Origin: Callorhinchus milii
Lineage: Eukaryota
Assembly (NCBI RefSeq): GCF_018977255.1
Contig: NW_024704743.1
Location: 115,322,001-115,386,000, forward strand
DNA length: 64,000 bases
Direction of reading: 5' to 3'
Shown here piece by piece: positions 1 through 13,070 of the stretch (its first letter is position 1; each line of letters opens with the position of its first letter). The notes beneath the pieces were generated by a model. That model made no database searches. It worked only from the letters and a program-made list of their open reading frames with translations, and was not told the DNA's origin. Position numbers and translations under genes: made by a program.

Positions 1-2404
1 GAAGGAGACCTACCATTCTTTCATTCCCTAAACCATTGGATTGTTGTCTGCACCAAGGAGATAGAAAAGAGAAAGCCTACTTTGAGATATTTTTGATGCT
101 AAACTACCCTATGACTCCTCGATTTCTGCATTGTCTATGGGTAGGATTTGCATGGCCAAACCCATGTACAGTATTCATAAGTATTTTCAATTAGTTAGAA
201 ATGCTGCTGAATTGGTTGATTAGTGCTCCCATTTCCTCTACCTAGGTTATTTAAAAAAATCTGTCATTTGAATCTGTAAACTAGAATTACTTAAAACTTG
301 CCTTCCTTTAAGTTTTATCATCTTATTGACTCTTCAATATACAATATAACTTTATAGTATTCTGTGGTCAGGCCAGATTAAGGGATGTGGAGACTCTAAA
401 ATATATCAGTTTAGGGGTCCTTTGTAGAAAAAGCTAATTTGTGGGGGGGAAGTGGGGGCACCACCAAAAAGTATGAAGCACAAAGGTTCAGCCCTGCCCT
501 CCCATACTGGTGTCATCCTAACCCTAGCATTGCGGCAACCGCCTTCAGCCTCCTGGGTTTGGAGTGAGGGAGGCTGGCCGGGCAGGTGATAGAGAACTCG
601 CTATCGTCTTGGTGGCGACAACTTTCCTGTTTCTAGGCTCCCCAGCTATCCCACCCATACTCTGAGCCAAGATGCAGAGTGCGGCTGTGCAAGGAGGAAA
701 GTAGCCACTATTTGCACTTGCGCAATCGCGCCTATAAAGCTGATGTGCGGTTACACAGTTAATTGCTCGGGGATCTGTTGATGACACGACTGGTGCTGGC
801 AGTGGCTTTTGGTACATCAGGAGCCATTTTCAGTGGGGCGTCTGTAATCCATTCGCAAGGGCATTTGGGAAATTTCCTGAATAGCCAGTCTGCTTCTGGC
901 ACTATCCCCTCAGAGCTCTAAGACATGGTTTAGTTTGTTTATTGATTAATTCAACTCTGTTCTGTAGATTAAGAGTGGATGTTGCACCTAAATTTTTTCA
1001 GATATTTTCAAGTTGCCATTTGAAGACATTTTCTAAATGTTCAGCCTGTTTCTGATTTGTTCTACTTATACAACAATAAAAACAACAACAACTTGCATTT
1101 ATATCACACCTCTCATGCAGGGTAGATTTCCTGAGTGCTGACTCAGACAATTTACCAGTTGTTATGGCCTTGATGTTAAGTGCTAATTTGCTAAGCACAA
1201 AATTGACATTATTGATTGTTATAGTCAACATAAGGATGTACATTAGCTACAGTTAAATTAGTATCCTTGTCTTTTCAACACGCAAATTTGCTTTCAAAAT
1301 TACACTGTAAAATTCTCTGGCACAGCTGGTTAATTAATTTTCTCATGGAACCTGAGCATCTTAAGATGGAAGCTCCAATCAATTTCAAGCAGTATGGCAA
1401 TAGCTATTCAGTGATTACTGCTATGTGAATATCAGATGAAGACTAAAATGAACTGTGCTCTAATGTAGTGCTTTTTTTCCATTCTTTTCCCCTGCCCCCA
1501 CCCCAATCAATTGCCTGCTGAGCATTCGCTGGCTAGACTAGCATATCAAGGATGATCACTAGGGTTAGCAATTTGTTCGTAGCCAGTGACTCTAGCATTA
1601 CCCTAGTATGAGTCAGTGTCTTCAGGAGAATAGGAAAAACGCTTAAGAGCTTTTGTATGGATAATGTATTTTCAGTTCAATATGAAATTCAATCTCATGA
1701 GCCACCTAGTCCAATCCCATTCTCCTTCATACTCTCCATTTCCTCTCCAAACCCCCAGTTTAATTTATTTAGTGCATTCTGAGTGGAGGTGACAGGCGCA
1801 GTTCTAGGAATTGCAATGCCTTACATATAGTCGTTCTTTATTGAATAAAGATCGGTGATCTTCCAACCTTTAGAGGAAGTCTTGAATCAATATTTACATG
1901 CCGGTTCCATTTTCACTTTTGCACATGATGGAAATCATCATTTGATTTTGCCTCATTTATTAAACAAATATCTAACTTGTTTTATAATACAATAGATCTT
2001 AATCCATGATTTACACTCTGTACATGGAAAATATAATGCTGGAAATATACTAGTTCTCACATCTTAGCTTAACCAATGTTGAATAAACTAATTGTAGTGA
2101 AATTTGCAAGGAACTTTGCTGCTAATGAAGTCAGTATCTTTTGTTTGGTGAGATATCCTTATCGAGGGATGGGTTATCTACTGATTCCGCAAAAAGTTGA
2201 GGACTAACAGTCGTGTACATTGCAGTAGTATGCATGAATGAGTTGTCTGGTCACTGCATTGAAATTGGTTGCAAAGTGATGTTAGTGACAATTGATCTGT
2301 TAAACTTAAGCAGTGGGTTAGCGATTTTGGAGGAGAGCTCCAGAGAATGAAGGCAATGTGGTTGAAAGCTCTGTAGGGTTTCTGTAGGAGGGGCAATCAA
2401 AAAG

Positions 2405-2540
2405 CAGGTCTGAGTTGGTGGAGTGGAGGGAGTAGGTAAGGATATCAACGGATATGGAGCAAAAGCTGAGGTACAGATCAGTCATGATCTAATAAAATGG
2501 TGGAACAGGCTTGAAGTGCTGAATGGCCTGCTCCTGTGAA
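2405..2540 (+). mobile_element. CR1-type LINE 3' fragment
   Basis: gatatggagc...agatcagtcatgatct...gaatggcctgctcctg tail. Similar fragments at ~5430-5570, ~11230-11315 (-), ~18400-18545 and ~63090-63230. Confidence 0.6.
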
Positions 2541-5500
2541 TAGCTGGAGAAGTCGGTTCCCTGGAAATTGCAGAGGTCTGTAGGGCAAGTCAATGGGGGC
2601 ATTTGAAGGCAATGATCAGGATCTTAAAGATGATCCACTGGTATTTAGGGAGCCACTGGAGCCACAGAGTTCCATGAATCCCACCTATACATGGAAATTC
2701 CAGAGAGATTTATTGGAATGGAATGTACACACACTTCCTAGAGGGATACTCCCTAGAGGGAAGTATCCCTCTGTAGTTCTCAGCCTCACTAGGGTCACCT
2801 TCTTGTGGATAGAAACCACAATTACACTCTGGAACACTAATTGAATGCGTGCAAGAGTTAACCAGGACCAAGTGGAATTGGAGGTTCTTGGCTTGGATCT
2901 GTGAGATCCTCACTGTTTTACGTTTCTCCCCATCCCCCAGAGCATCTTAGGAACTCAGTGTTAATACCGTCCACACCAGCTGCCTTGCCACTAGCAAGAC
3001 GGAGCTGTGTAATTCCACCTCCAACTGATTGGATCGTTAAGGCCATCCAAACCTCCCGCCAGCTATTCCATCCTTAATGCAGTAGATCTCAGCCATGGCT
3101 TATTGGGCCAGATTGCCAACTCTTCATGTTGTTCCCTCCGGACCCCAAAGGATACCCCCATAACTTGTAATGGATTGAGGGACAAAAACTAAATAATCTG
3201 ATTTCAGAAAGAGTTCAGAGTGGCTGGACCTTACCCAATTAGAGCTGAACAAGCCTTAATTTAGTTTTGCCCTCCTTTTCATCCTTAAGTAGGTTGTTTG
3301 TAATACTAGAAAGAAAATGTTTAAAGGAATTGCATTGTGTTACTTCCCCTGATGGTAATATTACATCTGAGCATCATTCTAACCACAATACATTAATTAA
3401 ATGCAGTTTTTTTTCACTGCAATTTTTTCTTAAGTGTTTTCAGGTTTTTTGTTGCATGGTTCTACCGGTTACAATAGTTCTGTGGTACCTCCCTCAACAA
3501 CAACAAATTACATTTGTATAGCGCCTTTCATGTCAGGAGGATGTCCCAAGGCGCTGGTGAGTCAGGGATCCTCAAATGACTGTTGTTCATGTGACCCTTG
3601 ACTTTTGGCAGGCTATTTGACCACAGCAAGTTTACCCTCAAGGTAATCAGGGAAGCCTAAATGTAGCTTTTTATAAAATGGATCTTAAAACTGCTTTTTT
3701 TTAAAAATAAACTTCTGCAAGACATAATCACTCCAAGCAGATCTGGATAGAAGCTGAGCAGCTGGGTTAGAAGTATTAACTTTATTTTTAAAAAAATCCT
3801 TTGTCTGAGTTGGAGTTCATTTTACTCATTTTTAAAACAAACTAACTTGAAGAAAGGGACTAGCTTTCAATTTTGTATCTGAAAATAATTGGTCTTTTTG
3901 AGGAAATTCTGCATGTTAATATTTTCAGTTTTCAAAGAGCAAATCTGTGTACACACACAGAATTTTTTTTGTTTGATTTGTTAAAAGTGAAGCTAATTCT
4001 AAAATCATGGCATCAAAAGATTTTTGAAAAACAAATGAGTAATGTATCAACTGGGACTGCTGAGCCGAAAGGCACATTTTCTTTAACCGCTAATGTTAAA
4101 CAGCTGAACTTCTAATTGCTGCTTTTCTGTAGTATTCTTCACGGGTTCTAGTAAAAGGGAGTTATGTGGTGTGCCTAAAACACAATGCATACCACAGCTG
4201 GCGATGATGCATTTTTATAATGGGACCATACATGCTTGTGCTGTGGATGCTATTCTGTGACTCTGCACATCAAAACCATAAACCTCTCCCAAAAGATATC
4301 AGTGAGCTAGAGATGGAACACTCCATCCAATGTCATGGGAATATGGTTACAGTATATACAGATAATGTTTCCTACAATTTACCAAGGCTAGTAAGATAAA
4401 ACCTTTAAAGCCTGCATATCTCCATATTCATCATGTGATGTGATGATCTGGAATAGCAGTTAAAGTAATGACAAATCTCCAACCTTATGCTTTCTATCCT
4501 AAACTTATAACTTCTATCGAGCCCTGTTTTAATTGGTAATTTTGTTCCTTAAATTCCACCCTGGGATCTTAAGCGTGGTGATGGGTTTCCTGATGCTTCA
4601 GACACATGGCTGACCAAAAACAAGTTTAGATTTTTGGGGTAAGTAAATGCTGGAGTCTACGTCCGAATCTTGCTATACAACATCTATTAATTCAGGATTC
4701 TATAATAAATATTTGTTCCCAGAGAACTTCTTGCATTTTATATAGACCTTTATGATGTCAATTTATCAAAGCACTCCACAGTTAAGTATAAGAAGTTGAA
4801 TACAGTATAATGCCTGTGTATTTGCAAGTAATCTCAGAAGCAATTTGCACACAGCCAGGACCTGTCAATGACCAATGTAACTGGAAAATTGTTGGCAGGG
4901 AGAAACGCCACCTCTTTTTGAATAGTGTCATCCACCTGAATATGCAGGACTTTGGTTTAAATTCTCATCTGAACCACAACACTTCCAAACAACGCTCCCT
5001 CAAAACTGCATTCTAGAATTAGCCTAGACTGAGCTCTGTTCACTCTGCAAGTTTGAGTGAATGTTGGGTTAAACAATTGGATATTTAAAACTATTGATGC
5101 AGGTGTGAAGAGAGGTTTTAATGATGATGCAGTGGTGGTGGAAATTAATAAATGTCGAAACCCAAACCAGCCTAGTACAGTTGGTAGCATTCTCGTCTGA
5201 GTCAGAAGATCCATACTCTGTCAGGACATTAGATGTGAAAAAATTGACAATCAATGCTGTGGTGCTACCTTTCAAATGATATGTTAAATTGAGGTCCTGT
5301 CTGCCTGATTAGATGGACATTAAAGAACCCATGCCACTGTTTAGGAATAGAAAGGAGTTTCTTCTTGCCAACAGTTGTCCAAGTAAAATTGCATAATTCA
5401 TGTCCTGGTTGTTTGGGCTGTAGTATTAGATAATTATTTGGGAGGACAAGTTTGCAGGGCTATGGGGAGAGAGCGAGGGAGTGGGATTGATTTGGATAGC

Positions 5501-6382
5501 ACTTTTCAAAGAGCCAGCACAGACACAATAGGCCAAATGGCCTCCTTCTGTGCTGTACAATTCTATGATTCATATACAAAATAGTTATTACACATTACAG
5601 CAAATTCTATGAAGCACTTTGAGACATTGCCCCCTTCACCAAAGGCACTATATCAAATGCAAGGATTATTACTTTTGTTTCCAAAGGTCATATACCGAAG
5701 TAAAACCAGACATCAGTACTTAATGTAGTGTTTGGGTGTACATCGACATGCACTGATTCTCAGCAGAGGCTAGGGTACTGAATATGTCCACTTGCCTAGT
5801 CACAAGTCTCGTCCTGGGAAAAGTAGAGGTTCAAGTTCCTAGCATTGTTCAGTGTGAGTACACTGACGTCTTGTTTACGGAAATACAATGCTTCCCTGAC
5901 CTATTGCTTTTCAACAATAGAAAAGTTGAACAATGCTGGAAAACTATTTTTCTGCCCCTAGTAAATATAAGTGAAGATGAGAAAATCTGCATATGCTAGA
6001 AATCTGAAATAAAAACAAATTGCTATCAATTTCTGAACTTTGGCTTAGATGGGACCCTTAACCTTTGCTGGTAAAACCCTTCATCAGAAATAAAATGGTT
6101 CGGCTAGAAATGCTGTTTTACACATCAAGATAAATCTGATTTTCATTACCCTCTTGCTGTCCAACAATCTCTTTTGAAAGTGTCTAGATTCAGCAGGGAT
6201 CTCATTTCCCTGTACAAGAACCCTTTTTGGAAAGGAAAATTGACAAAATGGGAAATCTGAGGGAGAAGGGAATAGAAGCATATGGGAAGGATTAAGGATT
6301 GGGAGACTCGTATGGAGTATAAACATCAATAATTACCAGTTGGGTTGAATGGCTTGTTTTCATGCAATACAATCTATGTAAA

Positions 6383-6660
6383 CCAAAACGCAAAATACTG
6401 CAGATGCTGGAAATCTGAAACAAAAACAGAAGTCGCTGGGAACACTCAGCAGGTCAGGCAGCATCTATGGAGAAAGGAAAGTGAGTCAACGTTTCAGGTC
6501 CACGACCCTTCGTCAGAACTGGGGCATGTTGGGAGGGAGAGGATTTTAAGAGCTAATAGAGAGGGGGGAGGCAGGGCAAGAAAGACAAAGGAAAAAACGG
6601 GGTAGAGGACAAGGGATGATGGATTAAAGAGGTGTTAATGATGCAAAACAAAGGGTGTGG
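6383..6660 (-). mobile_element. Penelope-like-element terminal repeat fragment carrying a minimal hammerhead motif
   Basis: aaaatactgcagatgctggaaatctgaaacaaaaacaga...tcagcaggtcaggcagcatc unit, repeated at 7896-7985 and 38936-39181. Penelope assignment is inferred from the hammerhead type. Confidence 0.6.
6484..6520 (-). ncRNA. Minimal type I hammerhead ribozyme motif
   Basis: Minus strand reads AGUU-CUGACGA-AGGGUC(GUG)GACCU-GAAA-CGUU-GACU: catalytic boxes, stem II, palindromic ACGU stem III, GUU cleavage triplet and a 4-bp stem I. Confidence 0.7.
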
Positions 6661-6871
6661 GGGATTGCAACAAGGCATCTTTGCATGTTGGCCAAATGCA
6701 AGTTTATTTTGTGTTTATTACATTTTTATTAATTTTAGACAAATAGCACTTGGAGAATAACTTCCAGGAATTGTGCTTGGCTATCTTGATCAGAAACTAG
6801 CATAAGTCTTATTATAGGAACAATTTTCCCTTTATCTGTTTAAAAAAAAAGGCACTTGGCGTGCTTGCTAT

Positions 6872-7470
6872 AGTAACAACAACAAGATTCCATTTATAGA
6901 GCACCTTTCATGTCGGGAGGACGTCCCAAGGCGCTGTACAGTTGGGTCAGGACCTGAGCCGGGGGGAAATGGTCGGGGAGGGAAGGGAGGGAGTGGGAGG
7001 GAGTAGAGAGTCGAGAGGTGAGTTGAAGGCTCGGTCAAAGAGAAAGGTCTTGAGACCGGCCTTGAAGGAGGAAAGGGAGGAGGCAAGGCAAAGGCACTGG
7101 GGGATAGAGTTCCAGAGTCTAGGGGCTGAGAGGCTGAAGGCCCGGCCACCGATGGTAGGGCGGTTGGGGCGGGGGATGTGGAGCAGACCGGAGCCAGAGG
7201 AACGGAGGGTACAGGCAGGTAGGTAGGGGGGTAGTAGGTCGGAGAGGTAGGAGGGAGCAAGGCCGTGAATGGCCTTGTAGGTGAGGGTGAGGATGATCTT
7301 GAAATCGATCCTCTGGGGGATGGGGAGCCAGTGGAGGCGAGCGAGGGTGGGAGTGATGTGGTCCCGAAGCCTGAATGACCTGCAGCTTGTTGAGGGAGGT
7401 GCTTGGAAGGCCGGCGAGGAGAGAGTTCCCATAGTCTAGCCGTGAGGTGATAAAGGCATGGACCAAAGGT
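6872..7470 (-). mobile_element. L2-clade LINE 3' fragment, young-looking subfamily A
   Basis: Encodes [17 protein letters not shown]...[12 protein letters not shown]. Nearly identical to the 3' part of 49140-51033 and ends in (ttg)n. Confidence 0.9.
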
Positions 7471-9337
7471 GAGGCTGTGATGTAATGCATGAAGCATTAA
7501 TTATCAATCCCAGAGCCACAAAGGTGACCCATACATCCTCGTACATCTTCACTGGCTGTCCTTCTTTCCCTGTCCCAATAGCACAGAAATGCTATTTCTC
7601 CATTTGAGTTCCAGAAAGTATTGTATCCATGTTGACGCAAGCCCAAGTTTGGGGACCCCAGAGTATGTGTTGGGATATTGCGGAAGTGTAACTAGCCAAA
7701 ATTGCTTAGTGTGTGCCAAAAAAAAAAAAAAATAAGTTGGTCACTCAATCCATGACTGTTTGTGGGACACTGCTGCATGCAATTGACTGCTGCGTTTCAC
7801 CCACAAAATATAAACTTTTTACAGCATATTGTTTGAAGTGCTTTAAGATGTAACGAAGACGTGATGAGGCGCTATATTAAATGCAAGGATTATTAGGGTC
7901 GTGGACCCAAAACATTGACTAACTTTCCTTTCTCCATAGATGCTGCCTGACCTGCTGAGTGTTCCTAGTGACTTCTGTTTTTGTTGTAAGGATTATTATT
8001 ATTATTTTTGGTAAATAGTCAGCAAGCTTCCTGCTGCTCGTCCAGCTAGTACCACTTGACATATTAGGGCTTTGGCTTTCAGGTTTAACAGGAGCTGAAT
8101 AGGAAGAATGTTTAGCTTTAGAAACTGGTCTGTGCCTCCCAAGTGTGAGTCAGACTGGTTGGTCTATCATCAGTGAATACTGCAGACCTACCCGGATAAG
8201 GAAACATCTTATCGAGGATTGACCTGATTCCAATATTCCATTGCCAAACATATCACCTTTGGGCCAGCTCAGTCCCAAGGAGATGTTGCTGACCTCTTCC
8301 TGCTCTTTATAAGGTGGTATCAGTAAATTTATAATCTTCCACATAATTTTATGAAGTGTGTGAATAGCAGGGAAACAAAGCATACTGTAGTTCTGAGCCT
8401 TCCATTCCCCTGGAGCTTTTTTCAATTTTATCACCACCTGCTTCAGTTTACAATTCAGTTGGCTAATTTGACTATTTAATAACTTTAAATCTTTCAAAAG
8501 TCTTCCCAAGTGGAACTTATAGCGAGGGCTAAATTCTAGCCACTGAAAAGTTCATATATTAATTAGTTACTTTGCCTCAAAAATTCCTGGTAGATTTCTG
8601 AGGCAGCATCTATTGATTTCAAGTTCAAGTAAATTTGCAACTTCAACTTTAGATATTCTATGCTAAAGGTTTCACTAAAATATCAAGTACCAGTGCTTTA
8701 TCATTTTTAATGTGAATCCTGGTTAACCCAGCAGTTATTTAAATACAACTATTCTGTTCTGTCTTGCAAACAAACTATTATTACTTTACAGTATATCCTG
8801 TGAAGCGCTTTGAGATGTGACAAATCCAAGCAGGTTTATCAATAATTTATAATAATGAATTGATTATGAATTCTGAATTATTATTAACAACAATTAATAA
8901 TTGCAATTAATAATAATGAGAAGTCAAATTAATAATTATTGGTGATAAGCAATGATTAATTTATTATAATAACTTATTATTAATAATAAGCTTTATGAAT
9001 GTATGACTGGAGCAAAATGGTTAGAATATAGCAGAAACTCCCAACAGTTTAAAAAATTGTCCTTACAGTGGGAACACGATCACTTTTTTAAAATCCAGTT
9101 GTTCAGTTAGATAGGGGTTATAGTGCTTGTGATGACATAATCTCCATTAAACAAGTTTTGTAATTGGGAACAGATGTTGCCAGAACTGTTAAAATCTAGG
9201 CTATTTACGCTTCCCCTAACTCACTCTTTCAGGCGATAAAGCTTGTGGAATGCTTTACCTCCCTCTCTCAATTTTACAGATGTTTAAAACACAAGCTTTC
9301 ATTTTCCTATTAATTTTGCAGACCTTACATTCTTCAT

Positions 9338-9660
9338 TATAATAATAATAATAATAATCCTTGCATTTGATATAGCGCGTTTCATGTCGGGAGGACGTCC
9401 CAAAGCGCTTCACAGAACACTGTAAAGTGAATTGACTGTATATTTGTGGGCAAACGCGGCAGCCAATTGCGCACAGCAATGTCCCAAACAGTCGTAGATT
9501 GAAAATGACCAATTTATTATTGTTTTTGTTTTTGGGGATTATTATTAGGCTCTGTGTGGAGTAAGGAAACTTGCCCAAGGTTTCGCCCTCTGCCTGGAAT
9601 TGAACTCAGGTCTCTCACTTGCAAAGCGAGTGCTCAAACCACTGAGCTACAGGACTCCAC
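9338..9660 (-). mobile_element. tRNA-headed Deu-domain SINE, full length, short variant
   Basis: Reverse complement of the 12756-13070 unit, with A/B boxes, central gtttgggacattgctgtgcgcaattggctgccgcgtt and (att)n tail. Confidence 0.85.
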
Positions 9661-10276
9661 ATTATAAATGTATGCAAATGTTCAGATTAGTTTGACACAC
9701 GTGGATTTCCTTTGGCACTCCTAATTAAGCTGTATGTTTGTTCATTATATATAATATACATAGTTCCCCTTCCCTACTCATTGTTGCTTTCCCACCACTA
9801 GAAACAGCCTTGTGCTGTGTATCTCATTCAAAAGATTCTACAGTAAACTTCTGATAACTTGTCACTCCAAGGGAAAATGGCTCAGTGATGAGTTATCCAG
9901 AGTGGCGAGTTAGGCATCTGTATAAATCCTTAAATTAATTTGGCTGGGATATTGGCAACCTGATGATTTAAGTGGTAGCGATAAGTCAATCCAGGGTCGA
10001 GTTATCAGGAATTTACAGTGTAGATGACCTTCAAACTATACCTAAAGTGCAGCCAAGATTTCACAAAGGCTGACTCACTGGTCTCGTTACCTCATGGACC
10101 AAAATGCATTTGTACAGAAGTACATAAGGAGTTAAACAAAGGACTTAATTGCCCATTTCTATGTGGTCATTATGTCCCATGGTGTTATTGGAAAGACACT
10201 GGAGTTTCTCCAGGTGATTTGGCTAACAGTTTTACAGATTAATTGGTCATTTATCTCAGATGTTTGAAACTTTTCA

Positions 10277-10642
10277 TAATAATGATCCTTGCATTTGATA
10301 TAGTGCCTTATCACGTCTTTGAGATATCTTGAAATGCTTCACAGAATATACTGTAAAGTGTAGTAACTGTGTTTTGTGGGCAAACCGCAGCAGCCAATTG
10401 TGTACAGCAGTGTTCCACAAACAGACCTGGTTTGAGTGACCAAATTATTATATCTGTCAAGGGATTATTACCCACAGCAAGTGATCCACCAATTGACTAA
10501 CAACTGGGGTCCTACTTACTGCTAGACAAGCAGGTGTGTGGAGTAAGGAAACTTGCCTAAGGTTTTGCCTTGCCCAGGAATCGAACCCAGATCCTCTCTC
10601 TTGTGAGGTGAGTGTTCTAACCACTAAACTACAGGACTCCAC
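10277..10642 (-). mobile_element. Deu-domain SINE, long variant
   Basis: Same head and tail as 12756-13070, plus the extra agcagtaagtagg segment. Confidence 0.8.
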
Positions 10643-12755
10643 AAATGCCACTTGTGATTGCCTATAAAAAGTCATTGCATTTGACAGTAGTTATTTTTGA
10701 AGTGCCTGTCGAATGTGATGAGACAATTTAAAAATGTTGCTACTTTCAGGTGTATGAAGGGAATTTTAGAAGACACCAGGAAATATATCTTTACTCAGAG
10801 TGGAATTAATGTGTTACCAGAAAGGATAGTAAGGGGTTTGGATACGACTCATTTAAGAAACGGCTTGTTGCTGTAATCCAACCTAAGATGATATTTTGGA
10901 AAGATATCAGATAGACTGGAGGCATTGTTTCATACCTATATTTTTAACCTTATCTGTTAGACACTTGACAGAAGTGATTGTCTGATACTGACTGGAGAAG
11001 CCATGGAAAATATTCAACGTTATGTAGCTGACACTTTAAAATCTCTACTAATAAAGCTTGAAGTGGAAAAAGCTTGTTTATTGGTGTGCAAGCTATTTTA
11101 AACTCAAATGCAAAGTGTCGAGTTACAGATTCATAAAGAAACCAAATGTCTCCATTATGTTTTTGCATATCACACTTTGAAATATTGGCATAGTAATTAC
11201 TGCTCCAATATGTATGACATGCAAAATATTTTCTTTTCAAGTACCTATCCCATTCTCTTTTGAAACCTATTATCGAATCTGCTTCCACCGACCTTTCAGC
11301 CAGTACATTCCAGATTGTCTAATTTTACTTTGTAAAGGACCTTGAGAAATGTCTTTTGTATGAAAGATGCTGTTTAAATGTAAGGTGTAACAATTTGTTT
11401 TCTTTATGAATCTAGCTCGATACTTTTAGTTTTCTAAAATGCATTGTTCCAGCTAAAATCCCCTTTGTTGCTACAAAATGAGCAATAAATCCTATGAAAC
11501 ATTTTTAAACATCTCAACGTGATGAGGCTTTATATCGAATGCAAGAAATTATGTTCTGTTTTGGTATACATGAATTTCAGCCCTTTTTGAGGTATTCTCA
11601 GCCGGGAAACTGCAGAAGTGCTACACTAAAACACTAACAATATTAACATCCTTTTGTGATTCATTTTCCAAGTTGAACCAAAGTAGTTACAGAGTGAAGC
11701 AAAAAGATTTTTTTTTAAACTCCGTTCAGTGCTTGTAATTTTCCCTTCAGCGCCTTGGGACGTCCTCCCAACGTGGAAGGAGCTATACAAATGTAATTTT
11801 GTTGTTGTTTCTATTTTCCCTAGCCCTAAAAAAACACCAAGGACATGTCCTTTTGAAGGTCATACTCATGGCCTTAGCTGCTGACTGGATAAGGCACAAA
11901 AAGCTGTATATTGATTGGGGCTCAAGATGAATGAAATTCATAGATATAATGGATTTGGAGCAGCACGCTGGGCAGGACTTTAATCTTCCCTGAAGGAATT
12001 AATTAAAATTGCATCATTTTCCATTCTACACTGTTGGATGTTGTACTGCATTATTTAACCTCTATGATGCTGGGTGAGAGCAAGTTTGGCTAAATATACT
12101 TGTTGAGAAATTTTAACGTTCAGTTGACATGATATTTCTCACACTGGCATTAAAATGTGATCCAAGCTGTAGCGACTGGCTTTGGGCAAAACAATTTTAA
12201 TGAAGTCAGGGGAAGAGTGTTTCTCGCATTAGTTATTGCCTAGGATATTTCCAGGAATTAAATATCCCATACAGCAAGGAATTGTTAACTTTTTATGGCT
12301 TTGTTTATCTGTATCTTTTATTAGCAGCTAATGACCATTAGTTTTTTGGATGCATAACTTCTGTTTCAGTCTTGGACTTGCTAAAATCAAAACATTAAAG
12401 GATTACATATTTTGGATGTTTTGCGCTATTTTAAAAAAAACTTTCTTGGAATGTGTTCAAACTGGCGGGCCAACATTTACTGCCTTAGGAAGGCGGTGAC
12501 TGTGGTGGTGGGCCTTTTATTATTTAAATAGTTTTCAAAACAATCCCTCCCTCCAAGCTCTTAAACGTTTTCTGACTGAAGTGTCTACAGCTGCATTTTT
12601 TTTATTTAAAAAGTGTGAATCCTCTCAACAATACGGTCGACAGCTTGCAGCTATATAGCACTCTCCATGCAGCATAGGGTCTCGGAATGCTGAATAAGCT
12701 CAATGTCTTGTGCTAATTCTATTGCTACTTATTTTAAAATGAAATAGGTGTAGGC

Positions 12756-13070
12756 GTGGAGTCCTACAGCTCAGTGGTTAGAGCACTCGCTTTGTAAGTG
12801 AGAGACCTGAGTTCAATTCCAGGCAGAGGGCGAAACCTTGGGCAAGTTTCCTTACTCCACACGCCTAATAATAATCCCTCCAAAAAAACAAAACAATAAT
12901 AAATTGGTCATTTTCAATCCACGACTGTTTGTGGGACATTGCTGTGCGCAATTGGCTGCCGCGTTCGCCCACAAATATACAGTCAATTCACTTTACAGTG
13001 TGTTCTGTGAAGCGCTTTGGGACGTCCTCCTGACGTGAAAAGCGCTATATCAAATGCAAGGATTATTATT
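12756..13070 (+). mobile_element. tRNA-headed Deu-domain SINE (SacSINE1-like), full length, short variant
   Basis: Head ggagtcctacagctcagtggtt (A box) and gagttcaattcc (B box). Centre ctgtttgtgggacattgctgtgcgcaattggctgccgcgtt resembles the DeuSINE domain. 3' end matches the L2 tail at 50971-51005. Confidence 0.85.

Noticed and set aside
12756..12830. tRNA gene-like sequence with A and B boxes
   Set aside because: It continues into the Deu domain and L2 tail and recurs many times, so it is a SINE head; no proper acceptor stem is evident.
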